Source: Gnetum montanum (Eukaryota; Plantae; Gnetophyta). From it: a DNA stretch of 64,000 bases. Position numbers and translations under genes: made by a program. A model generated the notes under the pieces. That model was given only the letters and a program-made list of their open reading frames with translations. It was not told the DNA's origin and ran no database searches. Below are positions 39,501 through 51,500 of the stretch, in pieces (within the stretch, counting starts at the first letter, position 1; the number at the start of each line of letters is the position of its first letter). The stretch covers positions 701,028 through 765,027 of the forward strand of contig MNCI01001630.1 in NCBI GenBank assembly GCA_015680685.1, written 5' to 3'.

Positions 39501-42500
39501 CAATAACAGGTCTTTCAGCAGCTAATAGCCTTATTTCTCTCCACATTCTGTAAATAGTGCAAGAAAAGAGATGATAAGTGATCAAAATAACTATAATTTT
39601 TTTAGCAAAAAGGTGTCGGGATTTTTTTCATTATCAAAGACTAATTATGTAACGAACCACTTCTCGTTGAGTTTTTGCATTAATGATTGTAATAGTCTTT
39701 TGTGTGTTTGTATGCATGTTTTGTTGACAAGTTGTGTGTGCGCTTTGGTGGAAAAGGCTAATTGGAATAGTAATAAATTTGTTGACCATATTTTTATATG
39801 TAATATGATTAAATGTTTAAACACTTTATGCATAAGAAATATGATTTAAAATACATGGTGGGAATGTTTTAGAATAATAATAATAAATGATATATGGGAA
39901 AACAAAATATTTTCTGTTCTATTTCAACAGAGATGCTGAGAAACAAAGGACAATGCTCTAAGGTGTGCCTCGAGCTAAAACAAGTATGTTGAGATGCAAA
40001 TGAATGCTCATATTGAGGAACCTGACCTATGAATCAAGTTGGAGGAACCTGACCCATGAATCAGGGATACTTTGTGCAAATACTGTAGCTTTATATTTTA
40101 TTTGATCTGAATGTGATGCATTTCTCTTTTTAGTTTAAAATAGTAGAGTATAAATACCCTCTCCATTGCTGTAGAAAGGTCACGTGATGACTTTTCAGGG
40201 ATCGTAAGACGATAAGAAAATTAGCATTGCTGATGACCTGAAAGAGAAGGTGCCTTATTTGATTATGTATCTTGAATTGCCCTTGTCATGAATCTATTTG
40301 AAAACTCTTTCCCTGCATCTTATCACAATTCTGAATGACAAAGAGATAGACATTAAGTTGGAATGTTCAAGAGGAATTGAACCTAAGATCTAGCAAAATC
40401 TGAATTCTAAAATATCAGAAATTGTTGATTTAGGAATTGAACCTGCAACCTGTGAATATACATACTTTATTGATTTTATTATAGTGATCATGAAGAGAAT
40501 TGAACTCATGATCCATTGCTGAAGAGAGAGAGAAAAAAAAACTTTAAAAAGAAAGAAAAGAATATGAACAGTCCCCAACTAGTCAGTTACAAGAAACCAA
40601 AGAAAAGAATATGAACAGTCCCCAACAAGTCAGTTACAAGAAACCATTCATTATCCCTTATTCCACCTACAAATAGGAAGAGGAGGAGAGGGAAAAAAAA
40701 GGATAGACACAAGGCAAAAGTAACTTTGCAGAACACAAAAAAAAGAAGGATACATCAACGAGTGTGGTTGCGAAGGGAGAAAAGACTATCACTGCTACAT
40801 GAGATAGCAAAGAGAAAGAAAACAAGTACGGCATAGCAATCCAATATTTGGATAATTCCTCCTAGTAAGCAAGATATCTAAGCAAGGAGGTAAAATGATC
40901 CATCTTTGTTATGTTTGATAATGGCTAGCAAGGGCTGATTTTTTCAAAATTTTCTCTTCTTGCTTGTCTAACCACCTTCACAATGCTTGTATGACAATAT
41001 TAAGATTGCTTTTGTAAGCTTAGACTTATTTTTTGGATCTCCTCGCCCATCCTCTGCACTCTCATACCTAAATGACTTGGATGAGAGTTGTTTCTATAAC
41101 GATTTAGAAACACCCATAACGATTTGGGGCATTTTTGNTTTCCTATACCTTCTCAAGTCTGATTTTAATATCTTTTTATAAGTTGATGGAGTGGGGGAAA
41201 ACCTAGGATGTTAATTTATGGTTGTGATCTATCTATTTTCTGCTATTGAACATATGAATTTCCTGATTAAATGATTATTGGTAAAATAGTTACAAGAGTT
41301 AAATTCATATCTTGTTTTTGTGTGTGGCTGGAAATTATAAAATATTATTATGTGATTGAACAAATATGAGATTATTAATTTATCTGCTTATGTGGTCATT
41401 TCTTTGGTTTTCAAATGTGCAAATGATCCTGATTAAATATTTCTTTTTGAGTTGAATAATAAAAAGTTTGATTTTTTTTAATCCAATGAATTTTGCACAA
41501 ATATTTTACTGTCAATTTCTTTTAAAAATTATCTCTTAATTCTTAAATTAATATTGATTGACCTGTTTCAGAGCTAAATCTAGGCACTGTTGATCTCATT
41601 TTAATTTTATAGGATAACATTAGTATGATGGTTGTAGAAGGAAAGCCACCTTGGCATTTTCTTCTTTCAACTAGCTTTCTTGCTAGGGGGCTTTGGGTGT
41701 TAGCTCTTGCTCCCTATGAGTGGGTGTTACAAATTACATCATTGCGTCCAATGGTGCAGAAGTCTTGGATATTATTTTTCAGCTTACAAGTCTGAAAGAC
41801 TAAACATTCTCAACAGACAATTCAATTCATGACAGGGGAGCAAAACACTCCACACAGATCAAAATCCATGCAATCAAATGCTAGGGACTGGTTCAGGTCA
41901 AGGAAATGTCCCTATGTTGTCCTTGGTATTAATCAGAAGACCCCATGGCACATCCTTCACTCCTATATCAGGCGATTGCATTTTTCTTTACAACCAGATA
42001 AGGCATGAGCCTAAATGCTGATCAGTGGAAGCAACAGGAGGATAGGTACCAGGCCTTTCAGCAGGCTGCTAATTTTATCAATTCTGAGAAGGAATGCAGC
42101 ATCATGGATAAAGTTCACAAGCAGGAAAACCCCATTTGTGTTTGTAGATCAGTTCCTTACTATTATAAATATGTTAAAAATTTGTGTTGTGTTTTAGGCT
42201 TTAGAGGAGGGCCCCCTCTCTCCACTATTTTATGCCAACTTGTTTTGACTGTCTGCCTGTTGTTTCTGGTCAGGTTCAAGAAGCCTTCTCCCCTCATTTT
42301 GTTGTTTTTCTCTCTGCTTGGGGTCCCTCTCCCCTTGCTCCTAATGTACATTTCTTGTATTATAATAAAATCCCAACCTTTTTCAAAATAAATAAAGGGT
42401 GTGCTGCAAAACACTTTACACAGGTGCCACCCGGGATGATTTCTCTTAATCAGACGTGCAGTAGATTCTGCTACTTCAATTCAAGGTGCCACCAGGCCTG

Positions 42501-45500
42501 GAAGAGAACTAACTTTTAAAGTTATGACTCCTGTATAAGGGCAATTATGCCCTGCTTAAAGTACGAACAACTCCTATTTTTGTTGTATATTGAAATTTTG
42601 GACTGAGACGTAAGGATTTGGTTTTGTTTCAGAAGCCCATCTTAACCCCATATTATATGATATATTTTGTCTTTTTATAGCAATATATACTGAACTTTCT
42701 TCAAGAAAAATGATGAACCTTCTGGTTTTCTTATCTCTAGAATATAAAGAGTTAGAAACCAAAGGTCATTTACATCCTTCTGTTTGGATATATATTAAAT
42801 TTCTTATGTAAAATTTAGGCAACCCTTGAAGATCTGACACTGGATCTATTCTCTTTGCAATTTGCTATTTTCACTATACGATTAGACTCTTGTCTAACAT
42901 TATTCTGAAACATACAATATCGTTTTGCAAGAAAACCTAATAACTGGAGTAAAAACACCAAAAATTTTCAATATGAAAAAGAAGACATGGAAAGAGGTAA
43001 CTGCTAACATGAGTAACTTGAAAGAAAAATTATTTTTCAGCTTACAAGTCTGAGGCAAGCGCATCCCCACCAGGACTGTCAATCCTTAAAATAACAGCCT
43101 TATATTGCTTCGATTCTGCTAGGGCATCGGGGCCCATCACAAAGAAAAAAGAGGGGAAAAAATGTGTTAAAGATATCTAGGCACTTGAATTAGCTAACAA
43201 TTGAAGAAATTTTAGTGAGCAGACAGATTGGTTGTAAGTTAGATAAAATGATAAATTCAAAGTTATTTTTTGGTAAATGTTATTCAACAAACCATTATTA
43301 TTCTTTAAAAATAGCAGAATTATGAGTGAGAGAAATAAAGCACCTCGTACTTGTCGAATCTTTTCAATAAACTGTTCACTAACAATGCCACCCATTGAGA
43401 GGTTAGAGCGGCTACGACTAATGCTTCCAGATGCCCTAATTACAGCAATCCGCTCTCCTCCACCAGATAAACCAAGTGTCCACTTCCTAACTCTTGTATA
43501 TTTTCTACATCCAAAATAGTAGGACGTATAAAAAATGCAACAAGATATCAGACAAACTGGTAGTCGCTAAATAACATACTAAGATGAAAACCAGCTTAAA
43601 AATTTTCAACATGCACAAGGATCATCAATATAAATTTGTTGTGGCCTCCATAGATGTGATAAATTACTTTTTTTATTACTTTTCCCTACAATTTTCACAC
43701 ATGTTTGTTTATGTGAACGCAAACAATAACTAGAAAGTAAAAAAATAGAACTAAACATTGACCACTTAGAAAAGTTGCAACCCACTTTTTTATTTAAAGT
43801 ACATTATCTTATTCATAAAATTTAATGTCGCATTGTAAAGAGAAAATTTGCTAGCAAGTTTGTATGATGCAAAAACCAGAGTTTCCTAGTTTGGAGCATT
43901 AGCAATTCAATTCAATTCAATTTGATAATTTCTATCAATAATGATAACTGATAATTCATGGGTCCAATGAAAGGATCCATGAGAAGCGTATTTTGACCAT
44001 CATTTTATCTGGACTGATCAGTAGACAAGAACTATTTGAAATAACTGCTACCCTTTTGTTACAGAATTATTCAGTAGTTACAAGTTACAAGTTTCTTCAA
44101 ATGTCTAGAAAAAATTGAGGAACACTTTTTGTAAAATTGGCGACTTCTTGATTTGATTTTCTTCAAATTTTAATCATACCATCCTCATCTTCCTGTCAAA
44201 TGAAACAAACTGATGCTCTATACCTTGTAAGACAGTATATTATCACAGCAAACTGGAATGGGTTTGGAAACCAGCTATTTGGGTTCCACTAAGAGCTATG
44301 TGTGTGTGTATGCACCTCTTTCAGAGTATTGCATAGAGCACAATATTCCAGTCTATGGTTGTGACATCATCCGAATCAGGCAAACATGCTCAATTTTTCC
44401 TTTTTAAAAGAAATAATAATGCTTGCATCTTATTCAACATGCACTGCATACAAAGTGTCCCCAGTACAGAATCCGGCCTCAAGAAGAACATGTCAATAGG
44501 ATGATTGACGACGACTCTTTCCAAAACATTAGAACGAGAACAAGGGAAATAACACCAATCTGAGCCTTTTCATCAAATATAACAGAACTAATGATACAAT
44601 TTATAAGAAATTTGACATGGAAGATAACACAAATAAATAGCTTTCTCTTACAACAAAAATCATCATATCTTCAGAAGTCTGAATTTTTAGAGGTTCTGAA
44701 AATAGAACATTTGAACACTGACGTATTAAAAATATAAGATCATTTAACACCTATATACATTTACTGAGTTCCAGATTAGTGCCCAATTTTGTGTGACCTT
44801 ACTATTTCCTAGCATCATAGCAATCTCCACTGGAATTTCCTGTAAAGAAATGAATTCATGATCTGTTTTAATCTTGAAATTTGAGTCTCTCAAGAACAAA
44901 TGGATTCAGCCAAAATTGCAACCCTATTCTTAAAAAGCCAAGTCCTTTCTCAAGACAATACTTGACTACTAACCAATAAATTTAAATCACCAGCATACAG
45001 TTATAGAATGATTAACTGAAATGGAATTTTCACTTACGTCCACTAAGACCTTTTTGGATTTAATGGACAGTGCAAGTTCAAAATTACTTTTATGGAATTC
45101 TTTTAAATCCTTAACTTGCCATTGCTCAGTGGAACTGAACATGTGACCTGAGGTTTCCATGCGAAGACTCTTACCACTAAGAATGATTAACAAAGTAATC
45201 AAACTAGACATCCACTGAGCTTGAAATTGAAAATAGGCTATTATAATAATGGGACTATTAAAAATCTAATTCTACAAGAAATTGAACATATAAGGATTCA
45301 TATTCAGTATTACATAAAAACAGAACTTCCAACCATATGCTTATAGTCATAGTGCCATAACAGTGATTTCAAAAGCAATTCTCCAAAACTTTAGGACAAC
45401 CAATTCAGAATTCAACATGTTACAAGGAGATTCACCATCTTTCACATTGCCACTAGCAAATTAATTATATACCACAAAAGAGTGTGACTGGAAAGGAAGA

Positions 45501-48500
45501 AAAGACAAGGGGTGTTACTTGAGGGAGGAATAGGAGACACACTAATAGGGGCACATTGGGGGAAGAGCACTAGTGGATGGGGTGGACAATACATGGGAAT
45601 TGCTAATGAAGATGGGAAGGGCGGTGGAGGCACTAGCAGGGGAAGCAAGAGTCATCCCAAAAGAAAGGGTTGGAGAAGAGGGAGTAGCAACATTTGTTGA
45701 TGCATAAGGGGGTATCCTAGGTAAAGTGCAAAGTCAACGAGTGAGCACCAAGATGTGCATGAGGTGTCGAATGGGAGGTGTTTCTACCCTTCCTTTGAGC
45801 ATGAATTGGAGTTGGTCCCGAAACCAACCCAGATCACAGTCGATGAGCCTCCATATAGGAAGAAAAATGTCTGAGGAAGGTTTTGGGCACTTCTTACACT
45901 ACGAAGCCCCAAATGCCAATGCAAGAGCTGAAGAAAAAGCAAAATCCAAAGCCAAAGAAGGAGCCAAGTGAGGCAAATGAGCCTAAGCCAAAATGTCTAA
46001 GGAAGGTTTTGGGCACTTCCAACACCACAAAGCTCCAAATGCCAATGCAGGAGCTGAAGAAAAAGCAAAACCCAAAGCCAAGGAAGGCAAATGAGGCTAA
46101 GCCACTCTCACCCCCACTACCCTCCAAAGTGCTAGAATCAAGCCAAAGTATTGGCTTGAGTCGTTGCACCCTAGCCTCTAGAAAGAAATGGGGTAGGTTA
46201 ACTAGCTACCCCTCCTTCAATGCATGCAAGACAAAGAAATGTTTGCCTAAGAGTTTCGATACCATACTTGTCTAGACAAAAAAACTGTTCAACCAAATCA
46301 GCCACCAGGCTCCAATTTTGAGGCAAGGCATCCAGGATGGTGATTATGTTATTATATGTTGTTAATACAGTAATTACTAGGAAGAATCGTCAACTAATTC
46401 AAGAAGTTACAAATCAATTGCAAACAAGATTTAATTCAAATGTCAGACCTAGGCCCACTCACTTATGTCCTTGATTTTGAAATAAATCAGTCATCAAACC
46501 AAATACGTGTGACACAAAAGAAGTATATTGTTGACCTGCTATAATATGATGGATTGTAAACCATGTTCTACACCGTTGGATATAAGCAGTGGTCCAGGGG
46601 TTGATTTAGAACCTATTCTTAATTCCACAATGTCTAGAAGATTAGATGAAAATTTAATTAATTTGACGAAGACCAAATATTTCTTATTCTGTGAATTTGT
46701 TCTCTCGTTTTAAACAAAACCACATGAAAAATAGAGCCAACTTTGGCGCTAGGTACATTGATCTTAAGGATACAACAGGTTATGGGTTATGGTTTAATTT
46801 ATGTTTGTACCTTAAAGATTGAACTTGGAGGTTATACAGAAGCAAATTACAGAGGAGATGCAGTTTCATGATGTTCAACCACTTGGCGTTTTACTAAACA
46901 CCGTGGTAACGCAATGAGTAGTTTCTCTGTTTTCTACGGGTCAGAATATAAAGTAGCAGTTAGACTGTTGCTGAATTAAAATGGTTGCACCAGTTTACAA
47001 CATTGAAAGAAAAAATTTTCATGTTTATCTTGTCTTTTCTGATAATCAGAGTGTCATCAAGTTGATCAACAATCCAATCTTTCATGAGAAGACCAAACAT
47101 ATAGAGATTGTTGTGCAACAAAGATTAAAAAGTCAGGAAAACAATTTCGTTGACTCTGCTTGAAAAAGTCAAAAAATTAAAAAGGTCGGCAAAAGTTTAA
47201 GAAAAATTCATTAAAAAATATTAGCAATATGCAAAATTAAAACATTTTTTATAACAAATTATAGAAAAAACAAAATAAAAGTAGAAAACACAATTAAGTA
47301 GATATAAAAACAATAACTGCTACATAAGTATATGGGCATGACATAATGTATACAAGTTCCTTCATCCTTGAACTGCCAACATATGTTTAATATGTTATTG
47401 CATAAAATATTATAGTATTTTGTTTTAACATAACCCTTGTAATTCTTCATTATTTTTTTAATGTTAAAAAGCTATAATGTTTTTTACTGAAACATTTCTT
47501 TTTTTTTTTCCCAATAACTGATATCATTAACCATGTACATGCAAACGGTCTCAACTTGATTAAGTTAAACTCGTAGTATTAATAGAACAATAAAATAGAA
47601 AAATAATATAATCAATTCACACTTAACCATACTTAGGTCAAGCATAAAGAAGGATATTCAAGAGCTTGGTTTTAATACTTATTTGGCTCTTAATAGAAGT
47701 GAAATTGTAGAAAAGAAATCATATAGTTGACACCATGTAACTAGGATGAAGGCTAAGATAACAATGCGATGATAATCAAATCACACTGTTATAAATTTAT
47801 TAATTTAGTTAAAAAGTTTAAACTGAAATTTATCTTAGAACTCTGTGATAATCATAAACATTTGGTAAAATATAAATTTTTTTAGAAAGGTCAATTTTGG
47901 TCCTTCTAGCTGAAAAAATCGAGAAGTAATGAAGACTTTTTCCTAGTGAAAAATCAGATATTGTTCATCAATTCAGCTATTTTTCGCACTTTTTAATCAC
48001 TGTTGTGCAGTATATCCATCATGCATTTGCTAAAAGACTTATGTCACCTATCTCCATCAGTACAGATGATCAACTTGCTAATGATTTTACTGAATCTCTA
48101 AGTGTTAAAAATTTCAAGAAATTTGTGCCCAATATGAATTTGCAGCCTTTGTAATAACTCATAACTCGTTTGATGAATGGTGTTAACGAAATAACAAACT
48201 TCTGGTTCATTTTTATCTCTCACCATACGTACGACGTTCATTTGTCAATTCACCATCATAGTGTATGTTATATTCACGGTGTATTTAATTTTCATGGTGT
48301 AATCATAAAAACTCACAGTTTGTATATTAATTTACATTAATCAATCATTGTTTAAACAGTTTAGTTTCTACGGTTATATGCCATTCTATTTCCATCACAA
48401 CTGTTCACCTATCTTATATTCAAGTTTCTTAACTTTATGTGTGTGTCATTCATGCATCCTCCTGTTGAATTAGGCTTTGGTGTTTTTGTTTTTTGCCTCA

Positions 48501-51500
48501 TCTGTTCCATGGACCCTGAAGCAAACTGCACATAACTTTGTTATCCATATAATAAGTGCCAAATAAGAAAAAAAAACACTAAAATAATGTCCACTGATAC
48601 AGCCTCAGATGTCTTATTTTAGGAGTTCTCTTCACTTCACTTGATTGATATTAAAATCATTAATATTTCATGTTTCATCTGATAGATATGATATATGTCA
48701 TCAGCAATGGCAAGTTGATCATTACAATCAGTCTTAATGATGCATAGTACATGAGAATAGAACGATGCAGAAATAGCACCATCATAAAAATATACAAAAA
48801 AGTTTTGTAGACAATTTGACAGATACATGGACAACTCAAAGTTAATGAAATAACTTTTTAATAAAACTGAAAAGCAGATCCTTGCTAAGATGCTAAGTAT
48901 CTATTTTACAAAATTCAGTTTCAGTCATTTCTTTTACAACATCTATTTATATCCTAGTATAACCTGCTGGAATTAACCTGTGACTTGCATGATGCAACAA
49001 CTCACAAGGTGTACCGACAAGATACACTTCATTTGATGCTTCTATGGATGCAGGATTAGCCATGTGACAAAAAGATAATCGAGATTATTGTTGTTTTCAT
49101 TTAACTCACGTGGATCACATTAGATTATGACAGTTGCATTTCACTGTTTTCTAGCAATGCTAACTGCAGAGTGTTGAACTACTAATTATTTGAACACTCT
49201 GTTTTAAACAAACAAACATTTAAAAAAATTAACAAAACAAACACACACAGAAATCGGATTCTATATAACGATGTAATGAATGTCCTCTTCTTAAGTATAA
49301 ATATTGCATGCAAGTTGTCATAAAGCTGTGGATATAAAAGAAGAGTCTGCTATAATGCTGAAAAGCAAGTATGGGGTTGTGGATGACTATTTGCAAGAAT
49401 TTGATGTCAAAACAGAATCCATGCATAGGGCCATGTTACATGGAAACAAATTATTATAACATTAAAAAAATTGTTTTCAAAAGAAGATTCCAAAATACCT
49501 CGTTAACATCCATAGGCACATCTTAGCTAGACCATAACGTAAATTAAACAATGATATTTATAGTTTTATACTGGTGTTCTTTCGTGCCAAGAACACGAGT
49601 GATTTCATTGAAAATTTCCAAAAGTGAGAAAAAAACACTCTTTCAAAAATAATTTAAAATAAAATAAATAAATAAAAGATGACCCAGAAAATATGGACTC
49701 TTACCTATAACTAACAACCAGGAGCTTTTTGTTCGGATTCTGGCCAAGCCTCTTTTTTAGCATTGCCAATACCTGTAAAAAGAGATGAAAAATGTTTTCT
49801 GCTTTTTACAATAATAATGAATGATAGAAAAGACATGGGCCTGCAACAATGATGTCATAAATATTCCAAACATACAATGAAGATAACTATCTTCACACAA
49901 ATATCGTTAAATCTGTCATTTGCACATCATTTGCAGCCAAGATCATCCAAATTTGATCAAAATGACCAAGACTTCAGGAAGATAATCATTATACAAAATT
50001 CAAGATTTTACAAATTGCCGAGCACTAATTCCAAAGATAGCTAGCGATATAGAGGTAAGGATGCTCATTTTAATTGCTTGTCATGATCTCACACGATATG
50101 CTTGAATTAAAAAACACGCCAAGGATATCGATCCTCATAGATTGCAGTGACACCGCACAATATGTCTGAAAATTTATAGAGCATATCAGTTTTTATCAAC
50201 ACTCAGGCAACTTCCAGCAATCGAGGAGGATACGCATATCAATTTCAGAAATGACCAACGATATGATCAAATTTCCAAAAGAAAAAAAGCTTCCGTGCAC
50301 AATCTCATACAACTACTATCACTGCAGCAGGTCCAAACGAAAGCCGTCTGCATCCAGCAGTTCTGCCTAAGCACCTAACCCAATGCTGCCTTCCTACCTC
50401 CATTCCCTCGGGCTAACCTTCTGGAAACCGACACAGTGTCAACACCCTCCCATTGGCACTTAGCATCATCCTTCCAACACCTGCCCATTGCCCTCCAATC
50501 AGGAGACCTCCGAACGTATGTCTGATAGAATCAATTGGATGCTATAGAACTAGCACCCTTCTCCTGCCATCTCTCATGTTGCCTAGCAACATTTAACAAC
50601 GCCAATATAAGGCTAAAGTGCTTGTTCGGCAACACCACTCTAACAATCTAAGAAATCCTTGGGCAGGTTAACGTGCTAACAGTGGAGAAGGCACTTAAAG
50701 AATGCAAAGTGCACATTGGTGACCTTGGAAGTGTTACCAGACTGCACCAGAAACCACTCCACAACTTCAAGCACTTGCTGCCAAAAGACCGACAAAGAGA
50801 AACGAAGCACCTAGCCACCAGCAACAATAGGAACACCAACTGGAAAAAAGTCAACAACATCCCTCAAGCCTTTTGCCATTGGTAGCATGATCCCCCCTTC
50901 AACAGAAATGTCAAGCGCATCTGCAATGGCACATTCTGACACTTCCAAAGTGACCCCTATAAACTTTGTTTCATCCCCCTCCAATGCCAAAAAAACGTTG
51001 TAGCATTCATGTCCTGTTCACCTCATAGAAGGGCTAGCCCCACATCCCATATCTCACATCTGTAAACAGGTCCCATAAAGGCTGGTTGCACATGAACCTT
51101 CTGGTTCAAAGATATGGGTCTGGCCCATAGCAACAACAATCTTCTTCCAATGGTGCTGGGCAAGAAGTAGGAAAGATTGCAAAGAAGGAAGCAATGGCCA
51201 AACTTTGCTCCGCCTGTTTTCTCTGTTTTCGAAGTGATGTAGTTAGTAATGTTTTTAAAGAAAAAGTCATGTGCTAGGAAGGTTAGAAAAGCAAGAAAAC
51301 ACTAGAAAAAGACATTTTGGAAGCCATTTTCAAATGTATGGAGCTAAAATTCACATGAAGAAAGGATCAAGCCCCTCTCCCCAACCTATATATAGAGGCC
51401 ATGAACCTCTTCATAAAGACACAATGGAGCAATGAAGAATAGAAAATGAATGGTGTGAAGTTGTTCTTTCCTCTTGTTCCATTTTCTTCTTTGATGTTGC

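Noticed and set aside
45883-46275. Lys/Pro-rich 130-aa ORF with an internal repeat
   Set aside because: Product of a ~126-bp tandem repeat in intronic TE-like DNA; no splice or domain support.
48640-49200. Possible minus-strand Copia remnant (DQLAIADDI)
   Set aside because: Too decayed to support with more than one weak motif.
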